Shown in pieces: positions 9,525 through 18,808 of a DNA stretch of 64,000 bases (position 1 is its first letter; every line of letters starts with the position of its first letter). Where the stretch lies: positions 1,149-65,148 of the forward strand of contig JAYRIM010000029.1 in the NCBI GenBank assembly GCA_041906785.1, read 5' to 3'. The notes below the pieces were generated by a model that was given only the letters and a program-made list of their open reading frames with translations, had not been told where the DNA came from and searched no databases. The translations under genes were made by a program, and so were the position numbers. The stretch is from Candidatus Levyibacteriota bacterium (GTDB lineage Bacteria; Patescibacteriota; Microgenomatia; Levybacterales; UBA12049).

Positions 9525-9971
9525 TTATAAAAATACTTCTACTCTTTTATCAAACTTTGCATTTGGGTCGAGGATATAGAAATGCTCAGGAATAATTTTA
9601 AAAAATCGATATGGGGCTTTTCCTGAAAATGATTTCCTCGTCATCGGCATAAAAGAAGTGTAGTACCAGCACATAGCGGCATCAATTTCTTTTTCTGGTA
9701 GAAGATACGCTTTTCCTGAACACTGTACACCATTTCCTGTTCCTTCTTTTTGTGTGGAATCGAAAATTGTAAAAGAAACATTTGGATTTTTTAAGATGTT
9801 CTTCGAATGCACAGAATCTAATTGAGACGCGAAATAAAAGGTAAACGTATTACTTACACCATAATACACAGGTGAAACCCAGACATGTTCCCTACCATAT
9901 GTACCAAGCGTCAGATAGTCATTCTTTCCTATTATTTTTCTGGCTATTACAGCCAATGATTTTTTATTCAT
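9525..9971 (-). CDS. Pyridoxamine-5'-phosphate-oxidase-like FMN-binding protein (general stress protein 26-like)
   Basis: 148 aa. DYLTLGTYGREHVWVSPVYYG and the overall split-barrel pattern fit the family. Confidence 0.5.
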   Translation of the reverse strand: MNKKSLAVIARKIIGKNDYLTLGTYGREHVWVSPVYYGVSNTFTFYFASQLDSVHSKNILKNPNVSFTIFDSTQKEGTGNGVQCSGKAYLLPEKEIDAAMCWYYTSFMPMTRKSFSGKAPYRFFKIIPEHFYILDPNAKFDKRVEVFL

Positions 9972-10036
9972 ATTGTCTTCTTGGTATCCAACCTACCTGC
10001 CCGCATTGCTACGCAAAGCCTTGCAGGCGGGCAACC

Positions 10037-10084
10037 CACGACACTTCGCAGAAGTTAGTCCCCATGTGGGACAACTCATAACTA
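10037..10084 (+). repeat. Conserved 45-nt motif, family D, copy 1, upstream of the TrmB-like gene
   Basis: cacgacacttcgcagaagttagtccccatgtgggacaactcataact. It is near-identical to the copy at 22191-22245 and contains a GTCCC..GGGAC hairpin. Confidence 0.6.
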
Positions 10085-10127
10085 ATGCCGTCACTTTACC
10101 TTATTCCATCCATACTGTAAAATTGTT

Positions 10128-10973
10128 GTGCTAATAGTGAACAACTCATCACATACGAATATTGCTCTTATTAAAGAATTTCTCGGAAAACTAGGTTTCT
10201 CTGAGGAAGAAGTAAAGCTTTATATCACCTTAACGCAGAAAGGACCACTTACGCTTCTTGAGGCTTCCCGTGCTAGCGGTATAGAACGCACTAAAATCTA
10301 TCGTATGATTGATGACTTAAAAGAAAAGAAGCTTCTGGAAGAGATTCCACAGTATAAGCGAACAGTTATTAAAGGAGCAGGCTTACAAACTATAGAATTA
10401 CTCGTAAAGGAAAAAGAGTTAGAAAATAAATTTCTTCAGAATAATGCTGCAACCTTTACTCACGCGGTTAATGTACTGACTAAATCGCTTCCTGAAAATA
10501 ATGTTATTTACTACCGTGGTGTTGAAGGAATTCGCCAAATGACATGGAATATGCTCAGATGTAAAGGACTATTTCGAACATATTCCTGTAGCTTTTGGAA
10601 TGATATTCTCGGTGATTCGTTCGTGGATGAGTTAAATAAAGAATTATTGGCGAGACATTTTAGTGTTCATGATCTTTACTCTGACCAATATATCGAGTTT
10701 AAGAATCAATGGATGAAGGAAAAAGGCGGAAAGCCCAGTGGAGATTGGCATTTCTGGCATTCTCGATATATATCAGAAAAAATTGTAAAGATTAATCAGA
10801 ATATTGACATATATAATAACGTAGTTTCTTACTACTACTGGCAAGGAGAAGAAACGTTCGGAGTAGAAATTTATAATCAACGTATTGCGGATATGCAAAA
10901 ACAAATTCATGATGTTCTCTGGAAAATGGCGAAAAGAAGAAAAGAACTTGATTGGACAATAGACTGGAAATGA
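10128..10973 (+). CDS. Putative HTH transcriptional regulator (TrmB-like N-terminus)
   Basis: 281 aa. The N-terminal LYITLTQKGPLTLLEASRASGIERTKIYRMIDDLKEKKLLEE resembles a TrmB-type winged helix. A GTG start is implied. Confidence 0.45.
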   Translation: MLIVNNSSHTNIALIKEFLGKLGFSEEEVKLYITLTQKGPLTLLEASRASGIERTKIYRMIDDLKEKKLLEEIPQYKRTVIKGAGLQTIELLVKEKELENKFLQNNAATFTHAVNVLTKSLPENNVIYYRGVEGIRQMTWNMLRCKGLFRTYSCSFWNDILGDSFVDELNKELLARHFSVHDLYSDQYIEFKNQWMKEKGGKPSGDWHFWHSRYISEKIVKINQNIDIYNNVVSYYYWQGEETFGVEIYNQRIADMQKQIHDVLWKMAKRRKELDWTIDWK

Positions 10974-11155
10974 GCTTATAGTTTTGATTTTTACTTCGAT
11001 TTTCAGTATAATCCTCTGATTCTCTCAGTAAGACCTAGAAGTAAAAGATTTTCTATGATTTTTTTCTCCTGAGTCTTACTCAGGTCGGATTCTATAGGAA
11101 TTCCGGCCATTTTTCGCGGCCGCTTTTTCTTATTAAGGTCCGTTTGCTCTTCACT

Positions 11156-11216
11156 GTCATTCTGAGCAAAGCGAAGAATCTTTACTTTAAGGATCCTTCA
11201 CTTCATTCAGGATGAC
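11156..11216. repeat. Palindromic intergenic element, family A, copy 2
   Basis: gtcattctgagcaaagcgaagaatctttactttaaggatccttcacttcattcaggatgac. Confidence 0.7.
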
Positions 11217-11466
11217 AACAAGAAGACAGAACCTTAACAAGAGAGAGTGAGAGCGGACTCCGATGCATATCGGAGGAGCTCGCCTACAGTCCGCCAGCTG
11301 GCGGATCGACAGACGTGTGTGCCGCATCTTCAATCTAACAAGTATCCCTCAAAGAAGAGGGTCTGCAGTTGCCGTAAGGCGACCTATAGATGGTGGCCGT
11401 TAGAGAAACGTTTATTCAACAGCTCTCACGGAAACTACCGTGAGAGCCCATCACAAGGAGTCAACT

Positions 11467-12591
11467 ATGTATTTGTTTCACATCCTCGCGGAGACGCTCC
11501 ACCGGTTCTTCCGGTGGCTCCGCGACCTGGAGTGGGAACGGCTTGGCATAATCGCCATCCTTTTCCTGCTCCTCGGCTGGATTGTCTTACGCGTGCTCGC
11601 TTGCGGGCAACCCGCCAGCGCCCACGCCGCTCAAGCCACCCTACAACCGAGTGAGAACACCCTCGTTCTGTGGTTCAATGAAGAACACATGACGGGTCAG
11701 GTTCTTTACCCGGAAGGCGGCAGTGTCCGGGCAAAAATGGTCGCAGTGAACTTAAACCCGGACCTCGAAACGATTGCACTTGAGGCTGAGATCGATTCCG
11801 CTCGCCCAGAGTCCCTTTTGTGGCGCGCAGGGTTACAGCCTTTCACTGTCGGCAACCGCCATATTATCCCCCAAACTGGCGACTATGTGAATTTCGTCGT
11901 CGCTACCTGGAACGAGGTAGCCGGTCGTTGGGAACCGGTTATCTACACCACGGTTCAACTCACTGGCAAAACTCATGTTCTCCAATTCCTACTGGAGAGT
12001 GAGATATCCGGCGAGTTGCCATTCGAGGACAATCCTGAACCAACCACGCCTCCCAATCCGGTCGAAAACTTGTTAATCAACTGCGACTTCTATCGGGTTG
12101 CTAACAACCCATACGGAGACTCAGGTTTTTGGCAAGTAAACATCCGGGACAGTTTCGGCGAGTTAGTTAGCTCAATGACGAGCGACTCGTCGGAAGCACC
12201 CCAGCATTCGTTCACAAACGCTGAGCTGGAACGGCTCGTATTTAGCCGCGTGTCGTATGAATACGTCTGGCAGTTGAACCACAACACACTTCCCTTGAAG
12301 TGGAGCCTCGCGTTCGAGTTCAGGGCATGCGTCTCTCCGATTCCGACGGAAACACCAGGGTTATCCCCGACCTTGACGCCCACGCCAACACCAGGGTATT
12401 TGCTCTACGCACCCTACATCTCGCGGGCGAGTATCGGTGGCAGACGACCGGCGCCGACGCCGGACATGCCACGGATCACGCCTGGCGTCATTTTGAGTAT
12501 GACGGCTGCGGCGGTGACGCCAAAGCCGACCTTCACGCCCACACCGCTGGCAATTTTGCCCCCAGCGCCCGAGCCAACAAGGACTCCTTAA
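11467..12591 (+). CDS. Hypothetical membrane-anchored protein with a Pro/Thr-rich C-terminus, encoded in a GC-rich island
   Basis: An AAGGAG Shine-Dalgarno sits 7 nt upstream of the ATG at 11467. There is a TM helix (IIAILFLLLGWIVL) and a C-terminal TPTPTP / PKPTFTPTP repeat. A hairpin follows at 12597-12633. Composition is far more GC-rich than neighbouring genes. Confidence 0.45.
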   Translation: MYLFHILAETLHRFFRWLRDLEWERLGIIAILFLLLGWIVLRVLACGQPASAHAAQATLQPSENTLVLWFNEEHMTGQVLYPEGGSVRAKMVAVNLNPDLETIALEAEIDSARPESLLWRAGLQPFTVGNRHIIPQTGDYVNFVVATWNEVAGRWEPVIYTTVQLTGKTHVLQFLLESEISGELPFEDNPEPTTPPNPVENLLINCDFYRVANNPYGDSGFWQVNIRDSFGELVSSMTSDSSEAPQHSFTNAELERLVFSRVSYEYVWQLNHNTLPLKWSLAFEFRACVSPIPTETPGLSPTLTPTPTPGYLLYAPYISRASIGGRRPAPTPDMPRITPGVILSMTAAAVTPKPTFTPTPLAILPPAPEPTRTP

Positions 12592-12596
12592 CTATC

Positions 12597-12633
12597 ACCC
12601 ACCCCACGCTTAGGAGGAGCGTGGGGGTGGGCC
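12597..12633 (+). terminator. Strong GC hairpin after the GC-rich gene; no clear U-tract
   Basis: CCCACCCCACGC-ttaggaggag-GCGTGGGGGTGGG. Confidence 0.3.
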
Positions 12634-12771
12634 CTTTCGGGGGTACAGTAACCTCCTCTCACTCTCTCTCATAATAACAATTTGACCCCACTTCGCTAAA
12701 GCTTCGCGGGGCAAGCAAATTAACTATTTCAAATTTATTGTTTCTCCTTAATAACTTACACTACTAAACTA

Positions 12772-12791
12772 ATGTCCAATATACTGGACAT
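12772..12791. promoter_or_regulatory. Operator-like palindrome upstream of a candidate promoter
   Basis: ATGTCCAatatacTGGACAT has 7-bp perfect arms. It is followed by ttgtat (12799-12804), an 18-nt spacer and tataat (12823-12828), ahead of the gene at 12846. Confidence 0.35.
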
Positions 12792-12845
12792 CAAATATTT
12801 GTATTTTTTTATTGTGCCGTTATATAATCCTGCTATACTCTTCTT

Positions 12846-13334
12846 GTGAATTCGCAAGCAGAACAAGAAATACTTCTTAAAATTGTCGAGACATGGAACC
12901 CTAGCATGAAACCAGAATATCGTGGATTTCGTTGTGCGAATTGCCAGAAATATAAAAACGAAGCTTGGTATCACTGGGTACATACTGGAGGGTATCGTCT
13001 CCCTATCCACATGTGTACTGATACGTGTGAACCACAATTCCAAAATGGAACGATAAATATAGACGAATCAAAAAGAAAACAGGTCATTAGAGAAGAATTC
13101 AATCCCACCTATTCTGAAAAAACTGAAAAACGATTTGATGAAATAATCGCTTCTTGGCCAGAATATAAAAAGCCAGAGTTAAAAGCGTATACATGTGATG
13201 AATGCGAACAAGATTTAGATATAGACACAGATGTACAAAGAAAAGGCTGGCATGTCTGGTATAAAATGCCTGATGACTTTACTCTCGCCGAACTCCACTT
13301 CCACAAATCCTGCGCAAAAAAAATAGGATTATAA
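12846..13334 (+). CDS. Hypothetical Cys-rich protein, possibly zinc-binding
   Basis: 162 aa. Paired CxxC motifs occur (CANCQ..., CDECEQ). The listed start is GTG. Confidence 0.4.
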   Translation: MNSQAEQEILLKIVETWNPSMKPEYRGFRCANCQKYKNEAWYHWVHTGGYRLPIHMCTDTCEPQFQNGTINIDESKRKQVIREEFNPTYSEKTEKRFDEIIASWPEYKKPELKAYTCDECEQDLDIDTDVQRKGWHVWYKMPDDFTLAELHFHKSCAKKIGL

Positions 13335-13341
13335 TAACTTC

Positions 13342-14058
13342 ATGCGACAATTTACTTATTCTTTCTTTCAATCTTCATTTCGTTCTGTTCCTGAAGTTAT
13401 ACAACACATGGAACAACTACAGATAGAGTTGAAGAATACTGATTTAGAACATGTCCGTGCGTTTAATAAGACCTATCTGATAATCACCAAGAATGTTTAT
13501 AAAAAAATTGGTACTGGATACTTCCAGTTCGATGATGTCATGACAGCAGTAGACATTAACTTCGCTTCTTACTATTTCCGTGCACTGAAATCATATGTTG
13601 AAAAGAAAAGAACACCTCCAGCCTGGGAAATATCATTCGATGCTTCTAAAAGAAATAATTATTATCAATTCATATACATGGCATTAGGTGTAAATGCGCA
13701 TGTAAATAATGATTTAGCGCAATCACTCCATGATGTAGTTAAAGATGAAACATATAAAGGGGATTTTAATAAAGTAAATGCCATAATTCACGAAAGTATT
13801 CCGGAAGTAATCAAAGGCTTGCAAGAAAGCTCCTCCTCACTCGCATTATTAGAAAAAATATTTCTTCCCGTATACACATTTTTTTTAGATGCATTAATCC
13901 AAAACTGGCGTTCCGATACATGGAACACTTTTTTAGCACTTAAAAAGAAAATAGCTACTGTCCACCAAGTAGAAAATAAAGCAGAAAAACTCGCTGTTCA
14001 GCTTAGTAAAATAAAACGACTAAGAGATATTCGTCACTTACGAAATGTCTTCATGTAA
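13342..14058 (+). CDS. Hypothetical protein
   Basis: 238-aa ORF with native codon usage. No family was recognised. Confidence 0.5.
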   Translation: MRQFTYSFFQSSFRSVPEVIQHMEQLQIELKNTDLEHVRAFNKTYLIITKNVYKKIGTGYFQFDDVMTAVDINFASYYFRALKSYVEKKRTPPAWEISFDASKRNNYYQFIYMALGVNAHVNNDLAQSLHDVVKDETYKGDFNKVNAIIHESIPEVIKGLQESSSSLALLEKIFLPVYTFFLDALIQNWRSDTWNTFLALKKKIATVHQVENKAEKLAVQLSKIKRLRDIRHLRNVFM

Positions 14059-14065
14059 TTTCCAC

Positions 14066-14107
14066 AACTCATAACTCATAACTCATAACTCATAACTCAT
14101 AACTAGC
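14066..14107. repeat. Heptamer tandem repeat, (AACTCAT)x5
   Basis: aactcataactcataactcataactcataactcataactagc, immediately after the stop codon of the preceding gene. Confidence 0.8.
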
Positions 14108-14294
14108 AATTATGCTTCCTATTACAAACTTATAACACTTCTCTGTTTGCCTTCACACAACAGTTTTGTAGTATGCGAATTACTACGAATTGTATCCTAA
14201 TTGATCCGAATAGAAGAAATATTCGTAACAATTCGGATTACAAGTTACTATTTATATTTGGATCAATTCGTAGCTTGGAAGGGGGGTGAGAAAC

Positions 14295-14606
14295 ATGCCA
14301 GAACAAGCCAAAAAATCAAATATGAATAAAGGGAAAACAGAAAAAAAAGGACGAAAAGGAGGAATTAGTGGAATCGCTGCTCCAGCTACCGGTGCAGTTA
14401 TAGGAGCTGCTATAGGAGGAGTAGCAGGATCGATGCTCTCATCCAGAGAAGGTAAAAAAGTCCTTGGAACAGTCGCTGATTCAGTTAAGGAAATTGCTGA
14501 AGACACTATAGAAGCTGTTGAAGAAAACAGGACGCAAGTTGAAAAAACTGCAAACAGTATAACTTCTTCAGTAGCAGAGAAATCTTCAGGTAAGAGTGGA
14601 AAATAA
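14295..14606 (+). CDS. Small glycine-zipper protein
   Basis: A GGAAGGGGGG Shine-Dalgarno precedes the ATG at 14295. The protein has a GxxxG-rich helix (IAAPATGAVIGAAIGGVAGSM) and a Lys-rich N-terminus. Confidence 0.5.
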   Translation: MPEQAKKSNMNKGKTEKKGRKGGISGIAAPATGAVIGAAIGGVAGSMLSSREGKKVLGTVADSVKEIAEDTIEAVEENRTQVEKTANSITSSVAEKSSGKSGK

Positions 14607-14765
14607 TGGGAACTTCGGGGGAGAAGTTCGGCATCAGCCAGCTGATCGCTGCGGAGACGTCATGCGTCTCGGCATTGTCAGCAACTGCTGCCTAGTTTTC
14701 TCCCCCTCGGGGTGCAATCACGATTGATCTGATACTCAATATAACGTTGGATAGATGCCGGCTGC

Positions 14766-15236
14766 TCAGCCGGCTCTGTTGCGAACGGCAGGCGCCTTCC
14801 AAGCGGGGATGGCTGTGGAAGCCACAGCCCCGCAGCCGCGGGCAATAACGGTGTACACACCGTTTTGCCGCAGACCAGCGACGCTGATACTGACTCGGCT
14901 GCCATTCTGAGTCACCGCGTTTGCCGAACTCAAAACCGGCACGCTGATCGTGACAGCAGGTTTCTTACTCGGGCAATTGCTCACGGTGACGGTCACGGTG
15001 GCAGTTGTCTGCCCACGAGTGACTGCAATAGCGATGGTCACGTCATTGCCCGTCTCGCGGTCTGTCGCGACTTGGACGACCGATTCCTCGGAGATGATCT
15101 GGCTAGCGTGAGCGCTGCTAGCCTGTGTGAACAGCCCCACCAGCACCATGGCCAGCAGGGCGAGTTTATAAAATTGTCTCACTAGTACCCTCCTTGTGAT
15201 TGCGAACCCAGGCAAGAGAAAACGAAGAGTTTCCAA
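14766..15236 (-). CDS. Hypothetical secreted protein encoded in a GC-rich island
   Basis: A signal-peptide-like segment (LALLAMVLVGLFTQASSAHA|SQ) is present. Composition is GC-rich and no family was recognised. Confidence 0.4.
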   Translation of the reverse strand: METLRFLLPGFAITRRVLVRQFYKLALLAMVLVGLFTQASSAHASQIISEESVVQVATDRETGNDVTIAIAVTRGQTTATVTVTVSNCPSKKPAVTISVPVLSSANAVTQNGSRVSISVAGLRQNGVYTVIARGCGAVASTAIPAWKAPAVRNRAG

Positions 15237-15316
15237 TTTCGAATTGCCAATTTCCAGTTAATTTTTAATTAATGAATTCACCACTAATTGGAAACTGGAA
15301 AATTGAAATTCGCAAC
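15229..15316. repeat. ~90-bp palindromic element, family C, copy 2
   Basis: gtttccaatttcgaattgccaatttccagttaatttttaattaatgaattcaccactaattggaaactggaaaattgaaattcgcaac. Confidence 0.7.
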
Positions 15317-15579
15317 TGCCTAAAAGGCTCCTTTCTGGGTGCGCAATAGATTGTTAAAGTACCAAAAAATTGTTATATTGTTAAATTGTTTTTTTATTGT
15401 TTAATAATATAGCAATAGAACACTATAACAATAGTAGATAATGTCTTTATAACACAAATCGGAAGTATACCACAGAAAACATAATTTGTCTACTATAGGC
15501 CTTAACTGCGATACGCATATTGTGTAGCTCAAAACGCAATTAATCAACTTACTGATAACCGATAACTGACTACTGACAA

Positions 15580-17688
15580 CTATTTTGATGGTATTGTGAA
15601 GCAAAAAAGCGCACCTTGATCTTTCTCACTTTCTACCCATATTTTGCCTTTATGCCTTTTAATAATATCTGCTGATACATACAATCCTAATCCCAAGCCA
15701 GGGAATGTATCTTCTCTATTACCACTGACACGGAAAAACCGTTCGAAAATATGTTTTTGTAATTCTTTTGGTATGCCCACACCATAATCCCGCACACATA
15801 CTTTTGTTTCCTCGTCTGTCTGTATAACAGAAACATCGATTTTCTTTGCATCAGGAGAATATTTAATTGCGTTTGATAAGAGATTCATAAGAACCTGGCC
15901 GATTCGCTCTCTATCTCCAAACACTTTTCGTCTTGCATTTCCCTCAACTGAAATTCGATGTTTATCAGTCGTTCTCTGCATTTCTTCAATAGTTTCTTTC
16001 GTAAGGGAGTTGATATCAAATTGTTCAAATTTCATTGAAAGTCTTCCAGACTCAATTTTCGTTACATCAAGTAAATCCTTAATAAGATTAGTTAGCTTCG
16101 TAAGCTGTAGATCCATTTTCTTTAATTGTTCTGCTGTCTCTATATTCCCCTGTTTTTGAAACCTGCGGGTTAATACTTGTACATACGCTTTTAAGCTCGT
16201 TACTGGAGTTTTCAATTCATGACTCGCTATGCTGATGAAATCATCTTTCTGACGTTCAAGTTTTTTCCGTTCTGTAAGATTAATGACTAAACCGATTATT
16301 TGGCCTTTCTTTCCTTCTGTAAACGTTTTTCCGATTAGCACAGGAACTCTCGAACCATCTTTTCTAAGATATTCTTTCTCATACGGTGTATGAAAACCTT
16401 TTTTATGTAATTCTCGTAATTCCTCACGATATTGGTCGTGATATTCATGTGGAGTTATATTGGCAATAGTAATTTCCCGTTTGCGTAGGTCACGTTTCGT
16501 GAGTTTTACCATCTCTAAAAAAGCCTTATTCGCATTGGTAATAACACCATCTGCATCTGCAAAAAACACACCAATTATATTCGCATCGACTATACGTCTA
16601 AGTCGTGTTTCACTTTCCTGAAGTGCAACCTGAGAATTTGATAACTCCTCAGCAAGTTTTTCTGCTTTAACCCGAGCTACATACTGCCAGTGACTTAATC
16701 CGAACAATGCTAAGCTTGTAAAAATTCCTCCAGCTAAAAGAAACGGTACGAGACTTCTTTCAGTGGAATAAATAAAATAGCGTGTTTGAGCAAAATAAAG
16801 TGTCCAGGTCCTCCCAGCAATACTGAAATTGCGAACAACACTCTCCTTGGCAGGTGATTTATCAACATCTGCGTTAGTAAAAAGTAAAGCATTTCTATAT
16901 GGTTTCGTTCCATCGTAAATATACATGTCTGCATCTGATTGTGTATCATGACCGAAAATACTATAAAAAAAATCGTTGGCACGAAATGGTCCATAGACAT
17001 AGCCATATAATAATTCCTTTCTTTCAGTAATAGTACTCGGAGTTGTACCTCCAAAATATACAGGCATATAAATAAGAAACCCTGGCTGTTTATTAGTAGT
17101 TATTTCCTGCACAAGAGTAACGATACCCGAAATGGTTGGTTGACCAGTCTCCATGGCCTTTTGCATTGCGTCACGCCGTGTTCTTTCAGAATACATATCA
17201 AAACCTATAGCTTTCTTATTCCGATCATCAAATGGTTCTAAATACTTTATAACATGATAGACATCTCGCTCATCATCAGGATAAATAGTAAAATTTTCAT
17301 ACCCTTCTTCCTCCATCAACTCAATAAACTCTTGTTTTTTATCGCTAGAAAAACGCTCTGAGAAACCTATTCCTTGAATGCCGTTATACCGGCTACGAAG
17401 CTCTAAATGTGAAGCGAAACTATGAAACTCATTACGAGTAATATATTGTTGTGACGAGAACATTCCAGCCCCAGCTCGTAACATAGCAATATATGTATCT
17501 AACCGTTTATCAATCGCCTCAATTCTTCTTGTTACTATCCTATCGAAGTACAGTTTATCTTTACTGTCAGCAACACGATCGATATAGAATGCTGCTAAAA
17601 ATGTTGTTAATAAACCCAATATAAAAATCGATAGAGGAAATAATGGACGTGAACGGTAATGATGTGTATGAAACCTACGTAATCTCAT
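15580..17688 (-). CDS. Sensor histidine kinase (TM, large extracytoplasmic sensor, PAS, HisKA, HATPase_c)
   Basis: 702 aa. H-box SHELKTPVTSL, N-box NLLSNAIKYS, G1 DYGVGIP and G2 GLGLGL are all present. A PAS segment (IVDANIIGVFFADADGVITNANKAFLEM) is seen. The N-terminal TM helix is followed by a ~300-aa periplasmic region that may be CHASE-like. Confidence 0.85.
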   Translation of the reverse strand: MRLRRFHTHHYRSRPLFPLSIFILGLLTTFLAAFYIDRVADSKDKLYFDRIVTRRIEAIDKRLDTYIAMLRAGAGMFSSQQYITRNEFHSFASHLELRSRYNGIQGIGFSERFSSDKKQEFIELMEEEGYENFTIYPDDERDVYHVIKYLEPFDDRNKKAIGFDMYSERTRRDAMQKAMETGQPTISGIVTLVQEITTNKQPGFLIYMPVYFGGTTPSTITERKELLYGYVYGPFRANDFFYSIFGHDTQSDADMYIYDGTKPYRNALLFTNADVDKSPAKESVVRNFSIAGRTWTLYFAQTRYFIYSTERSLVPFLLAGGIFTSLALFGLSHWQYVARVKAEKLAEELSNSQVALQESETRLRRIVDANIIGVFFADADGVITNANKAFLEMVKLTKRDLRKREITIANITPHEYHDQYREELRELHKKGFHTPYEKEYLRKDGSRVPVLIGKTFTEGKKGQIIGLVINLTERKKLERQKDDFISIASHELKTPVTSLKAYVQVLTRRFQKQGNIETAEQLKKMDLQLTKLTNLIKDLLDVTKIESGRLSMKFEQFDINSLTKETIEEMQRTTDKHRISVEGNARRKVFGDRERIGQVLMNLLSNAIKYSPDAKKIDVSVIQTDEETKVCVRDYGVGIPKELQKHIFERFFRVSGNREDTFPGLGLGLYVSADIIKRHKGKIWVESEKDQGALFCFTIPSK

Positions 17689-17751
17689 GTCAAAAAGTGT
17701 GGCTATTGTAGCATAAAATACCGAAGAATCTAATAACCTATCTTACGGATA

Positions 17752-18399
17752 TTATTTCAATTTTTTAAATTGATAACTCCAGACTGCCAAACAAGCAAAA
17801 GCAGAACCGAGTAATGCCCCACCAATAATATCGGTAAACCAATGTTCCCCAAGATATACTCGAGAAAGCAACATAATACAATCAAACATTATAATCATGC
17901 CCGTGATAATAAGCTTCACTTCCTTCGATACCCTTTTACTTTGCCAAATCAAAAGAATAAGCAGTACAGATAAAAATGTTGTCCGCCCACTATGACCAGA
18001 AGGATATGAATATTCTGCGCGTACATGAAACTCCGGAAATTCTTCAACTCGCTTGGTACGCAACATAAATTCTGGAGGCGGAAGGTTTTCAACAACATTT
18101 TTTCCAAATATTTCAATCATGTGAAATAAAGCAAAAAGTAAGAAAGTTATCAGACCAGCAAAAATTTTTCTGTTCGCAATAATAACAATAAGCAGAATAA
18201 TTGTGAGTACTTCAAACGTACCAAAAAAACTAAACCATGAAAATGGATCATCGAATCGACGAGGAATGTTGTTCTGTAAACGAACTGTCGTATCAAAATC
18301 AAGTTGTTTAAAAATATTTTTATCAACCAGAAATGAAAAGAGAATAAAAAAGAAGAAAAGCATCAATCCACTCATGAGCATCACAAATCGCGGTTTCAT
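17752..18399 (-). CDS. PAP2-family phosphatase (undecaprenyl-diphosphate / phosphatidate phosphatase-like)
   Basis: 215 aa with multiple TM helices. PAP2 motifs YPSGHSGR and SRVYLGEHWFTDIIGG are present. Confidence 0.75.
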   Translation of the reverse strand: MKPRFVMLMSGLMLFFFFILFSFLVDKNIFKQLDFDTTVRLQNNIPRRFDDPFSWFSFFGTFEVLTIILLIVIIANRKIFAGLITFLLFALFHMIEIFGKNVVENLPPPEFMLRTKRVEEFPEFHVRAEYSYPSGHSGRTTFLSVLLILLIWQSKRVSKEVKLIITGMIIMFDCIMLLSRVYLGEHWFTDIIGGALLGSAFACLAVWSYQFKKLK

Positions 18400-18415
18400 T
18401 CTCGTATCATAGCAT

Positions 18416-18790
18416 TCAACGAATATTTTCTCTATGTGAAGGAGAATATTTATTTGCGATAAATGAAATTGCTCTATCTGTCGAAGTCGTAGTTTTACTA
18501 AACCCTTCTAAAGATTCACCCGTCTCAGCAACAAAGATATCTACAATACCTGCACCTAAACGAACTGCTACAGAGAGATCTTGCCTTCTGATATGATCAA
18601 TACCCCTACGTAAATCACTTGTCGAATCTGAAAAATCATGTACATATGGATTGATACCTTTTTCTCCCGGACGACTCCCTACTACTGTCACTTGCATAAC
18701 TTTAGGTGTACCTTCGGCAGGGACCTCTCCGATAACTTCGAAGTCATCATAAACAGTATGATCGTATAATGGATATTCTGGAGTTGCCAT
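18416..18790 (-). CDS. YbjQ/DUF74 (UPF0145)-like small protein
   Basis: 124 aa with weak pattern similarity (AVRLGAGIVDIFVAETGES) to the YbjQ family. Confidence 0.35.
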   Translation of the reverse strand: MATPEYPLYDHTVYDDFEVIGEVPAEGTPKVMQVTVVGSRPGEKGINPYVHDFSDSTSDLRRGIDHIRRQDLSVAVRLGAGIVDIFVAETGESLEGFSKTTTSTDRAISFIANKYSPSHRENIR

Positions 18791-18808
18791 AGCATGTTCG
18801 GCAGGTAG

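Noticed and set aside
11247-11654. 135-aa plus-strand ORF starting in the family-A palindrome.
   Set aside because: It reads through the repeat and the GC-rich leader. It overlaps the better-supported ORF that has an AAGGAG RBS at 11467.
7754-15316. Diversity-generating retroelement or retron explanation for the GC-rich interspersed segments.
   Set aside because: No reverse-transcriptase ORF (YxDD motif) and no template/variable repeat pair was found in the window.
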